Source: Eledone cirrhosa (lineage: Eukaryota). From it: a stretch of 64,000 nucleotides of DNA. This document shows, piece by piece, positions 51,562 through 64,000 of this stretch. A program made the position numbers and the translations under genes. The first letter of the stretch is position 1; each line of letters starts with the position of its first letter. The stretch lies in contig OZ024748.1 of assembly GCA_964016885.1 (NCBI GenBank), positions 57,722,001 through 57,786,000 on the forward strand. Direction: 5' to 3'. The notes under the pieces are model-generated. The model saw nothing but the letters and a program-made list of their open reading frames with translations. It was not told where the DNA came from and did not search any database.

Positions 51562-54500
51562 GGCGACCTACGTATGAAATCGTATCATCGTGAGCTCCGC
51601 AAAGGTTTGTTGTTTTCGTTTGTTTAAAATTGCCATTTATGGAAAATTCTTGTTGTTAACTGTTTATAAGATCACAAAATTTGCTTTCGGAAAAGGACAC
51701 TCAAAAAGATCGGGGCCTTGAGTCCAAAATTTAAACTTTTATAATTATCAAACAAAATATTTCTTTGAAAAAATCATGGACGACTTACAGCCACACCTTC
51801 CTCACAAACTAACACTTCACACCGACACCACCATTGTAAATATTACTACGTTTGCCAACACTAAAAATATAAGCAGTAGCAATAATTTAAATTTGTCTCA
51901 TGCAGACATTCATTTCCCACCATTACCAATGACTGCAGGTGTTGAAGCCGCAACCCATACCACCACCACAGCGACAACAGAAACAAAAGAAAAAAAAAAT
52001 TATCTTGTGACATCGAAATGGATTCACCCAGAATGGACTCTTCCACACCGAACACCACTGACGCCACCTCCACCACAACTGAAATTAAAAATAACAATAA
52101 CAAAAATAACAATAACAACAACAGCAACAACAACAATGAGAATAACACCGCAGCCAAAAAATGAATAACACAAAGCAGCCAAAAAATGCGAAACAATCCA
52201 GGTAACTCAGGGAGAATTAGATGAAGCCAAGATAATGGTAATGAAAGATGGGTACAGGGTCAGCCTCACCCCCACAAATAAAATGGAGCATCGGCGCCTA
52301 TGCACCGTGTCTTATCGGACGATTAACATAAAATCGCGCCGAGTGGAACGGGCATCCAAGTCCCAAATCCAAAAAGCTTTGGGACGTGTGTGAGCAAAAG
52401 AAAACCACATCTGACGTGGGCAGAAATATGGAACCGTGGACGTGTTCTTTGGAACACCACAGGAGGCCAGAGAGCACTCCATGGCTCCATTAAGAAGCGA
52501 GACGACTTCACACTCGTCCCAAGCTATTGAGGCCAGAGACTCGTAAAGATCAGGCTGACCCACGTTCCACCTGCCATCGAAATTCCCTGGCTAATGGCTG
52601 CCGTCCTCGCCGGCATCGAGGCCAACACCAAAATAATAGAAATAGCAAAAGAAAAGCAGGAGAACTGGTCCGGATCTGGGATGGAGCTCCTGATCCAAGC
52701 GGACCAACAAAGCATTGAGGAGATCCCAGAGGTAATAGACCTCACTGACGACAGCCACCTCACCGTAATAGTCGAGGGTAGAAGGCCTAGGTGTTTCATT
52801 TCTTGTGAAGGAACCCACCTAAGGGCTAAAAAGTTGAGGCCACCTCTTTTACCCACGCCAGTGACTCAACCATCAACACCACCAGCAGCAGAAATGGCAA
52901 CAACAACTGTAGCAGCAACAACAGAAGCAACGTAGCAGCAACAACCCCAGCAACAGTAGCAAAACCAACAGCACCACCACCCAACGCGCTTTAACTAGCA
53001 CCAGCGCCTATACCATCCACCACGCCACAACCAAAACCAACGCCTGTGGAGGATTTTCCACTCTCCGACCTATCGCAACTGGACACAGATTGTGACGACG
53101 AGGAGTGGGAAACGGCGTCAGGAAAAAAGAAAAAAAGAAAAAGAAGCCAAAAACGAAAAATTCCACTTCCTTCCCCCTCCAAAACCAAAATACAGAAGGA
53201 AACAAGTAAACTATCAAACAAAAAAGTTAGGACAGCTATGCCACCATCCACACCAGCATCAGCAACCCCATCACCACAAACACCAACACCATCACCATCA
53301 TTAACCCCAACACAACCATCACCAACACAACAAAAGTCACCAAAAAGCGGAACAGAAACAAACCCACAACAAACGCACACAAAACAAAACAACCAAAACG
53401 ATACACACTACACAGCATTAAATTTGAACAACACCCAACTATTACACTACATCTAACACAGCACCAGCATCACAGAAAAAGATTACAAAACACCCCAAAA
53501 GTTCACACCACCTCCACACATACAAATCACTCGCATCACACAGAAAACATACACGACACTAAAAGAAAAATTCCCCAAAGACATCGGAGACTTCCGACAA
53601 GCACTCTCCAGGAGGATTTATAAGGACATCCTTCCGGAGGAGGCCACAAGCAGTGAAAAGGATGGAGAAACCATCCTTCCTCTAAGAGAAGTAAGGTAAG
53701 TGGTCTTTCCCATATTTTCCACTCCATTTCAACATGACCTCACTCAGAATAGGCAGCATAAATGTGCGTGGGTTAGGGTCGTCATGGAAGCAGAGCCACC
53801 TGCTCAACGACCTCAGTCACTAAACATAGATGTAGTGGCCATCAGCGAGACCAGAATCTCCGAAGCACGGCTACGATGTGTACGCATCTCCCAGCCGTCC
53901 TGGATCGGGGGGAGGAGTTGCTGTGGTTTGTCAGAGAGGTTTGGATCTCGTCTTCCGGTCATCTTCCTGGACCCAGAAGGTAAGTTGGTGGTGCTGGACG
54001 TGACCAGCGGAGATGGGCAAGCTTTCAGGCTAGTGGCAGTCTATGCCCCGACAGGAGCAGGGCGGCCTGATTTCTTCCGGCGTCTGGAGACCTTTATTGG
54101 AACGTCCCGCTCTTTAGTGTTAGTGGGCGACTCGAACGGGATCTTAGATGCACGCTGGAACTGTGTGGGATTAGCGGATAGGGGAGGAGGGTGCAAGAGC
54201 CTCACCAAACTGCTCAGGCGTTTTGAACTGTCTGACAGGTACCGATTGGATTTCCCGAATGTGCCAATGTGGACTTGGACAAACCGCATAGGTTCATCCA
54301 GATCATATCTAGATAGAGTATTTTGTAGGGAAATATATAGTTCTAGCATAGGCTGTCCAGAATTCAAGATAGTCAGCTACACGGACCGCAAATTAGTGAT
54401 CTGTGTGCTTGACGTAGATAGGCTTCATAAACGAGGACCAGGCTACTGGAAGCTAAACGCGTGCTTACCAGCGCGCAAGGCCTACAGAGACCGGATTAGC

Positions 54501-55951
54501 GAACTACTTAAGCGGGCGTTGACGGCGGCCATCGGCAACAACATTTGCTCTGAAAAGAGCGATTAGAATAGAGTCCATTAAGTTTAGTAAGGCTTTAGCA
54601 ATAGAGAAAAATAGAGCAGAGGGAGAACTAGTTAGAAAATTAGACGAGGCGCTTAGCAAAGGCATTGCGACAGACGTACTTGCGGCGAATTGCCCCTTGA
54701 CCAATTCTTCAATGCAAAGCACGAAGGCTGCGTTGTCAGAGCTAGGGTGCGTGCTCTCAGACACGAGGGGACGAAAGCCGTTCAATAGGCACGAGTGGCG
54801 GAGGCGCGACGTGGCAACAAAGCCACGATCCAGTCTTTGGTGGACCACGACGGGCGCATGCTACTCGATCCCGGGCAAATGTGTGAAGCTTTTTAGCGAC
54901 ACTTCGCTCAGCTGTTCGGGGGCAGCAGCGGGCCGGATCGAGATATGGAGTTTAGTATCTACCTAACAGACTGCCGCGGCTCTCGGCCACTGAGGCGGAG
55001 TGTTGCGAAAAGCCGATAACAGCCGCTGAAGTACGGGAGGCAATGATCGACTTTTTCAAATTTCGTTTGAAAAGGAAAATCAGAGTAGAGAGGGAAGTGC
55101 TCTCTTCCCAGAATGTTGTCGAAATCTCCACCTCTTCCTCGACGGTGATCAGGTGTAGTCGCCGTTTGCTAGACACGTATTTCCCCAGCTCGTTTCCTTG
55201 ACGGAGCTGCAGTCCTGGGTCAAGCGAAGACCGAGAGGGAGTGCCTGGAGACTAGAATGTCTTCAGGCGCTCATAGCCCACGACCAATCGGGCAATGTGA
55301 TCGGTGGAAACTCCACCTCGGCGTTCTATAGAGGATTAGTGGAGGGGAAGAGCGACGACGTACTTTAGGAAACTCTAGGCGTCGACGAAAATCAACTAGC
55401 CAATCTCTTCGGAAGAACTTTCGAGCCGGGACCTATGGACAACTTCCAGAAATTTCTGGCCTGGCAGTGCTACAGAGGAGCCTTGCCAGTTCGGGATAAA
55501 CTCTACAGGCATGGAGGTGCCGTCAGCCGAGCATGTCCGAGATGCGCGCAGGGCGACGAAACCGTTCTACACGCACTCATCCAGTGTTAGAAAATTGATG
55601 ACTTGTGGGTTTATGTCGAACACCTGCATTTTGTCGAAAGATGGGTGAGAGAAGCAAGAATGGCCCGAGTGAATGGGCCTACTCTGAGTACGTATATGTA
55701 AATTAAAGGTGGAACACTGGGAGAGGGCACTTGCCTTGGTGGCCAGGGTCGCTGTGGCCTTTTACTGGGCTTTCTCCACAAATGTCCCTCCGAAGTCTCC
55801 CCCCTATTGGGGAATTGTTCATTGTTATTTTTTGTTACATCCTCTGTTTTTGTTTTTTACACGCAGAAATGCCCATTATTACCGTCCTGTATTGTCCTGC
55901 ACTGTCCTTAATGTCTACTTTATGTAAACCCTTGTGGTTAATAAAGAAATC
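51562..55951 (+). mobile_element. Decayed Tx1/L1-clade LINE with RT deleted, inserted in (TAT)n
   Basis: Fragmented low-complexity ORF1. ORF2 from ATG 53734: IGSINVRG, ISETR, VYAP, VGD.N, YLDR, GPGYWKLN. C-terminal CPRC..DETVLHALIQC; AATAAA then (ATT)n. Confidence 0.88.
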
Positions 55952-56102
55952 ATTATTATTATTAGTAGTAGTATTAATATTATTATTATTACAGCCAACA
56001 GTATTAGTTCTAACCACAGTTTAGATGTCAACTAAGTAACTAACTATTTAATTAACAAACGAACTATATACATACATACACAGACACACACAGACACAGA
56101 GG

Positions 56103-56151
<49 letters not shown>

Positions 56152-56447
56152 CATTTCATATGTGTCATAGGTGCTTCTGAATGAACGCGGAATGAAATAT
56201 ACGTCACGCATGTATATATGCATGTATATATGCATGTATATATGCATGTATGATGAATACTTTCGAGATAACTTCGCAGAATGTTAAATACACAAGAATT
56301 GAATCAGCAAAATTAATGATATATTGATAAGACAGTAAATGATATATAACAAATGTATCTTTTTTTCAATCATTAGGAATATGATTACATAAATTCACAG
56401 AGTGGGTAATTACTGGGTATATATATATCTATACATATATATATATA

Positions 56448-56526
56448 TCGTTTCTGAATTTGTTTAGCAAGATTCTTTATCTGAAAACGTGTGTTTCTTA
56501 TTGGCAACATGACCCTGCCAAAGTAT

Positions 56527-56586
<60 letters not shown>

Positions 56587-56619
56587 ATACTTTGGCAGGG
56601 TCATATTGCCAATAAGAAA
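56448..56619. mobile_element. Family 5 stub: tail + inverted arm + TA + mirror arm
   Basis: Tail joins arm through a CGTGTGTT microhomology (56488-56495); 56494-56532 and 56581-56619 are inverted copies. Confidence 0.85.
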
Positions 56620-56683
56620 TATATATATATATATTATGGAATACTGTTGGCTTCTTGCTACAATACTTTCTATACCTTTCATT

Positions 56684-56715
<32 letters not shown>

Positions 56716-57634
56716 CGTTACGTGTGAGGGAGAGAGAAAGAGAAGTAGAGAGAGAGAGAGAGTAGTTAATGAAATTGGTATGTAGATCAACACCGATGCA
56801 CTACCAACACTATATATCTTTACATGTGCTGTCGGACATTACATCTTGATAGAGTCGTAGTATCGCACTAATAATTTACGTAATGTCTTCAGGATTTAAG
56901 CCTGGTGAATTATAACCCTCTGGTCACATACATTGGATAGGAACCAACACTGAAGCATTTATTCAGACGCTCTAATGACTCTCCCAAGTCACTATCTTGA
57001 AGTAGCTGTAACAGTCAAATATATATTGTTTGCATTGGCCCGTTTCGGTTATTGCCTGAAACTCATTTTCCCGATAAGCATAAGCTATATTATAACAAGC
57101 AAGCTGATCCCCCTGCCAGTCTCTCCGTGAAGCATGTATGTAGGAGGAATGAAAAGTGAAGGATATCTATTGTTTTTTAAGACGAGAAAGCAGATAAGTT
57201 TTGTAACGTTTATAGTTTATTGCAAATGTTAAAAGAAATATGGTAAATATCTGTACGAGAGATTTGTAGGGAAGATTTAGTATCAATGATTTGTAAGATA
57301 AGCAGTTGAAATATACGTTGTAAAATGTTTGATGATTGTTTGAATATCCAGGCGTAAAAAGTACCAGAAATAAAGGGGTGAGAGAGGACTCTTCAGCTGT
57401 ACCAAAACCATGCTAACTTCCTCCTGTGCTGCTCCAACGATGAAATGAATTTTCTGAACTGTGTTTTTCCCTCTTTCTCTGGAAGAGATCAACTATGCTC
57501 AGATATGGAGAGGATATGAATACGTATCCCCATTGTGTGTTTCGAGTTCATACAAACTTATTGATATTTAGCTGTCTATTGCTCGGATAATAAACCCACT
57601 ATCAACAACTCCCTTTTCAAACCCTGTTGGAAAT

Positions 57635-57826
57635 AATTGTTTCTACTTTAGGCACCAGGCCAACGATTACCCCAGTGCGTGACTGGTACTTTATTTTATC
57701 GACCCCCATAAGGATGAAAGGCAAAGTTAACCTCGGCGGGATTTGAACTCAGACCATAAAGGGACGTAACTCTGTGCTGCAAAGCATAACGTTCAAGCCT
57801 CTATCGATAGAGCTAATCTACCGCCC
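57635..57826 (-). mobile_element. tRNA-derived SINE
   Basis: Same family as 1921-2108. Confidence 0.9.
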
Positions 57827-58935
57827 TTAGAGACAATCGGCTGATATTTTTCGCTATCAGAGCAAAAAGAAAGATATTTCTCTGTTGGTTGATGCCAACA
57901 CTAGATGCCAAAACTTTAAACAAGTTTTTTATGATATATTTTCTTCTGTCTACTCACATCTCGCAAGTGTGTAAAACACGAATACAATTGTATTTGAATA
58001 TCCGGAAAATAATACATTGCTTAAAGCAGACATCGATTAGGATTTCTCCAAAAATTAATCGATATTCAAAACAAAAATGACTAATGTACTTTGACACTAT
58101 GTGGAATATCATAAAAACGCCAAATAAATACTATGCCCCGTACTACTTGAAAGCTCTTATTAATGGCACTTTTTGAAATGTGACAGAGACGTGACAGGGG
58201 TTTTGATAACAGTCGTAAATTATACACACATTCACAGTTAAAGGCGTGACACTAATAATAACTTTTGTAACCGTTTTGTCGTTTCCTTGAACACTATGTA
58301 TATACATATGTGTATGTGTGTGTTTATATATATAAATATCTAACACATAACGCATCGCCGGTCTGTGAGATCGATTCCCGTACCAGGCGATGCGTTATGT
58401 CCTTGAGCAAGACACTTTATTTCATGTTGCTCCTTCTACCTGGAGTTGCGACCGGTAGATAGTATTAACAACTGGAAAGACCGATGGAAGCATTGTTTCT
58501 TCGGTCCGATTTGACGAAAGTCGATCGACTGTCGATATATATATATATATAATATATACATTCTGAAGACAGCATGTATATTTCCTCGGATAATTTATAA
58601 TATTTTTACATGGATCTACATGATATACATACCAACACACATATATATCCTAGAAACGATCGTAAAATGATGATGTTTTTAATATAAGGAACTTGTTCTT
58701 TGTTTTTATTTCATTGTTTGTATTCATTTATCTTGACTATGTTTTCCTATGATTTTCATCGAAAATGTTTGAATTCTCTTTTCATGATATTTGGATTACA
58801 TTGAGTTCTTCATACGGATTGGCACTACAGTATATTTTGGTAGATTTATCTACATACGTATATATATGTGTGTATACATGTGTGTATGTATATATCTATA
58901 TATACATATGTGTATATATATATATATATATACAT

Positions 58936-59000
58936 ATAGATGAGATTCTACAGGACTAGAACTGTTTCATTCATTAGAAATCATCAGGAATCCCATCTAT
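58936..59000 (-). ncRNA. Type I hammerhead ribozyme, canonical core
   Basis: ATAGATGGGATTC-CTGATGA-tTTC taat GAAt-GAA-ACAG ttctagtc CTGT-A-GAATCTCATCTAT; 13-bp stem I, GUA triplet. Confidence 0.87.
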
Positions 59001-59098
59001 AGAATCTGTAGAATCTCATCTATATTAAAACTTTTATACTCTGCTATGTATTGAGTACCTTACTTACTGTGGTTACCTCCGATTCAACCCGGAATAAC

Positions 59099-59100
<2 letters not shown>
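58936..59100. mobile_element. Asymmetric palindromic stub in (TA)n (family 4)
   Basis: ATAGATGAGATTCTACAG (58936-58953) inverted at 59006-59023, then a ~77-nt tail sharing GTATTGAGTAC with the family 2 tail. Confidence 0.85.
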
Positions 59101-59140
<40 letters not shown>

Positions 59141-59143
<3 letters not shown>

Positions 59144-59333
59144 GTTTCTGAATTTGTTTAGCAAGATTCATTATCTGAAAACGTATATTGAAACCGATAT
59201 AGTTATACTTTGGGAGGGTCATGTTGCCAATAACAAACACACGCACCATAAATTAAATTTATAAATTTAAGAAATTTGTAATTTTCCGGTTGGTTGGTTG
59301 GTTCTAAAACGTGCGGTTGTGGAACCAACCAAC

Positions 59334-59335
<2 letters not shown>
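59141..59335 (-). mobile_element. Family 5 stub
   Basis: Homologous to 61760-61950; flanked by (TA)n. Confidence 0.85.
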
Positions 59336-59377
<42 letters not shown>

Positions 59378-60221
59378 CGTATGTATATATATACATATAT
59401 ATGTATATATATATGTGTGTGTGTGTGTGTGTATACATAGTACAACACGTCGCATAGTGGAATGGTGATTCATTATATATATTGATCGTTTAGCATAAAC
59501 AATAGAGGTGACATTGAATATAACACAGAGGTATTGGTGGGTCCCGAGTTCTTTTCTAGGCGGCGCTCTATTCTTCAGGAAGACACTTAATTTCACGTTC
59601 GGCTAGCTCAGTTGGGTGGCATAAAAAGGAATTACACCTGTAAGTCAAACATGTTTGTCAAACAGCGCCACGTTGGATTCTCCTGGGACATAGGTACATA
59701 CCTGTGGAATTCTCCACCACTTAAATGTTAATTTCTAAGATGTTTGCATTCATTCCTATTTGCAATAATTTATTTAGAAGTGTATTATTTCTTCAGACAT
59801 AAAATACATTTTGCCATTCTCTAAACGTTGGCAGTCATGTTAACCTGTATGTGATAGAATTTAGAGAGATATCGGTCCCAGTTGTATTTGAGCCGTCCAG
59901 ATTCCGCCACCTCCTCTTTCTATATATATTCACACTACCGGTGTTGATAAACGAATGTAAACACGTGTACTTGTGCAGTCATCACCTTCACTAAGCCTCA
60001 CATCCTGATCTCTGTTTAGATGGATGAGAACATTTGTCACTACTCATTATCGCATTGATACGTACAACTATTAGAGATATTGTGCAGCATATTACCATGT
60101 CATCCATATTGCAAATTATAAGCACATGGTAATACAAATATTAATATCAATCACCAGAAATATGCTTAAACACACCTGATAATTATTCAGAATGTATTTA
60201 ACTGTAATTCTTTAAAAAATA

Positions 60222-60385
60222 ATTGTTTCTCCTATTGGCACAAGGCCAGAAATTACCCAGTGCATTACTGGTACTTTACTTTATCGACCCCGTAAGGATG
60301 AAAGGCAAAGTTAACCTCGGCGGGATTTGAACTCAGATCATAAAGGGCCGTAACTCTATGCTGCAAAGCATGGCGTCCGACACCC
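60222..60385 (-). mobile_element. tRNA-derived SINE, 5'-truncated
   Basis: Same family as 1921-2108. Confidence 0.9.
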
Positions 60386-60483
60386 TGGAAATAATGCATG
60401 CAATATTCCATAGCTCGACAGTATCACTGAAAGTTTCAGCCCACCCTCGTATGTATTGAATGCATATAGCACTAATTTTAATC

Positions 60484-60760
60484 AGCGTCGTGCTGATGGT
60501 AAGGCTGTTGGACCTATGATCATAATGTTGTGGGTTCAATTACTGGACTGGGTTGTATATTGTATTCTTGAGCAAAACACTTCATTTCATGTTGCTCTAG
60601 TTTACTCAATTGAAATTGAGTACCAGCAGTAGCTGGCAGTTTAACTCTCCGATGGTCTGGTGTCCTGTCCTCGGGGAAGTATTGTACTCTCAGTTGCTTA
60701 ACGCCATGGAAGGCAGGTTATGCACTATCCTGATGAGCCTTTGGTCTTGACATACTTTAG
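60484..60760 (+). mobile_element. CORE-like tRNA SINE (second family); partial copy also at ~58350-58440
   Basis: GGGTTCAATT B-box; TCTTGAGCAAAACACTTCATTTCATGTTGCTC core. Confidence 0.72.
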
Positions 60761-61759
60761 AGTTTAGTTTAGATTATAAACATCGTACAATGGTACAAGA
60801 ACAGCATGGATCCATTGGCCATTGTAATTGAAAACTGAAATACCGTCACCCATGTATCCATGAACGGTAGATATTTATTAGTTATTTAATTATAAAAATC
60901 AAAATGTCATCAATGTTAAATTGATCATTTGTTGTCAACAACAACGATTGTGTAAACTTTTGGCACATCGACTAAATATTCCGTGCGAGTATATTTGAAC
61001 AATGTCATCTACCAGGGTTATTAATCAATGGCAGTTACCTTCTAATCGAAGCTTCTTATTAAATGTAAGCACATATTTCAGTTAATTAGTTTGTCATTAA
61101 TTTAACGAACAAAGAAATATCAGTTCTGATATTTGCTAACTATCTTTGCAAAACATTTTCCGATTTAATTTCGTCCATTCCTTTTTCCTCTTTTTTTCCT
61201 CTCTACAATATTTGTTCAAGTTTGACCATTATTTAAAATCGTTTCCATTGCTATATTCCTGCAAATATTTGACGAAATACAAAACAACATGAACTTGTCA
61301 GTCGCAACAACGCCGCTGCTTTTATTTCGTGTGAGTACGTGTATTCAGGTTTCTGCTTGGATATGTATGTGGTGTATGGGTTTGTCAGTTTGTTTCCCTT
61401 TGTGTATGTTATATTTTGTATAAAGTTTGGATTTATAATATTGTTGAGAAGAGGAAAAATCGATGAAATGGGAAAATCAAAATGAAATTAATTGCTTTCT
61501 ACAAATATTTGTAGAGTTACAAATCCTTCTGCCTTGCGGGCTGTTGTTCATTATATGAGAAGAAAGCCAAATGTTGCAACAAGGTTATGTGTGCAACCTA
61601 GTAAACCATCAATCAGGCCCCATAATAATCAATGTTGTAGATAACTTGTTGCGAGGGACCGTTAAACAAGGGTGAGCCATTTAGGAGCAGTTTCAATTTC
61701 TGATTCTACGTTTTCGAGCTTATATACACACACAATCCATCATATATATATATATATAT

Positions 61760-62209
<450 letters not shown>

Positions 62210-62233
62210 ATATATATATATTTATATATATAT

Positions 62234-62431
62234 ATAGGAACGAGTAGGACCCCGACGGCTGAGCTCTAGCCGTTTCGACGGATACTTCTGGACTAATCCA
62301 GAATTAGCCGTCGAAACGGCTTGAACTCAGCCGTCGGGGTCCTACTCGTTCCTATTACCCAGTCTACTACCTTAGTATTGAGTACTTTGGTGCGTTATGG
62401 TCCATCTGGTTCCTTACCACATTTCCTTTGT

Positions 62432-62433
<2 letters not shown>
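62234..62433 (+). mobile_element. PLE family 2 stub with inverted short arm
   Basis: Short arm begins ATAGGAACGAG; long arm ends CCTTTGTTA; same subfamily as 9458-9832. Confidence 0.93.
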
Positions 62434-62465
<32 letters not shown>

Positions 62466-62537
62466 AGTATGTGTACGTACATACATATATGTATACAGAC
62501 GTACAGTAGTATGTATATATATATATATACATACATG

Positions 62538-62620
<83 letters not shown>

Positions 62621-63034
62621 GTATGAATTGCCTGATCATTTATTATAATGATCGGTGTGTTTGTAAAGAAACATCGCGAATTAAGCCGTACAGTGTCTAG
62701 CAGCCATCGTTGCTCATTTGTTCAACACTGACAAAGGAACGCTGTACTAGTTTCAAGCTTATTAGCTGTCGTTAGCAACGTATACCTTCCTGCCTGATGA
62801 TTGAACGTCTGAAAGTATATACTTTCCTTATGCATATTAACGGATGAGCAGCCTAATTTGCATATCGAGTGAGTTAATCGGCCGGGGTACCGAAAACGAT
62901 GAATCCATACGTACATATATATATGTGTGCATGTATGTACGTCTGTATACATATATGTATGTACGTATAAATACTTAATATTTAAGTAACAGCCGTACTA
63001 AGAGTGAGAAATGAAATTTCGTTTCATTTTTTCC

Positions 63035-63094
<60 letters not shown>

Positions 63095-63171
63095 CCAAAG
63101 ATTAGTATGGTTCGCTGCTTACCCAACGAATACAATAGATTAGAAGCACTCAACGATGGTTTTGTATATAT

Positions 63172-63520
63172 AGACACAATTCATCACACATATATACACA
63201 CACAATCCATCATATATATATAGAGAGAGAGACACAATACATCACACATATATACACACACAATTCATCACATATATACACGCGTACAATTCATCACACA
63301 CGCGCACACATATATACATATTTATTTTCACAATTTATCACTCATATACACGCAATTCGTCACACGCACATACACACACACACACATACACACACATATA
63401 TATATATATACACACATATATAGACACAATTCATCACATATATATATACACACACAATTTATCACACATATATACACGCACAATTCATCACATATATATA
63501 TATATACATATGCAATTCTT
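63172..63520. repeat. Degenerate minisatellite (CAATTCATCACACATATATACACA-like)
   Basis: Repeated CAATTCATCAC separated by CA/TA runs. Confidence 0.85.
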
Positions 63521-63551
63521 CTAACACATATTTTTAGTTGATATTTAGGTA

Positions 63552-63568
63552 ATACAACAACAACAAAA

Positions 63569-63616
<48 letters not shown>

Positions 63617-63747
63617 GCTACTACTACTGCTACTATTATTACTATTACTATTCTACTACTCTTCTTCCTAAAAACTATTCTTCTTTCATACTATTGAGAG
63701 AGAGAGAGAAGAGGCAGAGAGATATGAGAGAGAGCAAGTGTGAGGAG

Positions 63748-63785
<38 letters not shown>

Positions 63786-63795
63786 TGTGTGTGAA
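63552..63795. repeat. (CAA)n(TAC)n and (GA)n microsatellites
   Basis: Direct reading. Confidence 0.95.
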
Positions 63796-64000
63796 GGAAG
63801 GGGGGCTACATATAATGTTGTATACAGAGAATACAATGACAAAATCTATTAATGAAATTAACTTTAAGATGATGTCTATGTTTAGACATATTTTGGTGAG
63901 AGTTCAATCTATAAACTAAAGTATATTCACCAGGGTTTTGGATCCCCGTTGGTTCACACGACTGGCGTTTAAGTATTTCGATATTTGGAACAGTCTCTTC

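Noticed and set aside
60729-60755. CTGATGAG as a hammerhead core
   Set aside because: No GAAA or stems follow; it lies in a SINE tail.
63172-63520. CRISPR-like repeat-spacer array
   Set aside because: Spacers are CA/TA runs, context is eukaryotic and there are no cas genes.

Overview
Very AT-rich, repeat-dense eukaryotic DNA with no recognisable host gene. The SINE family and (TA)n load resemble octopod cephalopod genomes (inference). It contains kilobase-scale (TA)n tracts and two 5'-truncated Penelope-like elements (PLEs; RT plus GIY-YIG endonuclease with a CxC-x5-C-x5-C linker). It also has a full-length CR1-type LINE, a decayed Tx1/L1-type LINE, RTE and CRE fragments, Helitron-like pieces, many tRNA-derived SINEs and a ~3.6 kb near-tandem duplication. 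The main signal is about a dozen asymmetric palindromic 'stubs' from about seven unrelated sequence families, all inside (TA)n tracts. In each, one arm carries a 45-110 nt tail and the other stops at an internal TA. Two families are demonstrably the 3' ends of the PLEs in this window, and most carry type I hammerhead ribozyme folds, including U3-A8 and U4A core variants and greatly enlarged stem II. The CR1 element also appears to express its AUG-less ORF2 by -1 frameshifting. All structures and alignments were read by eye; none was computed.
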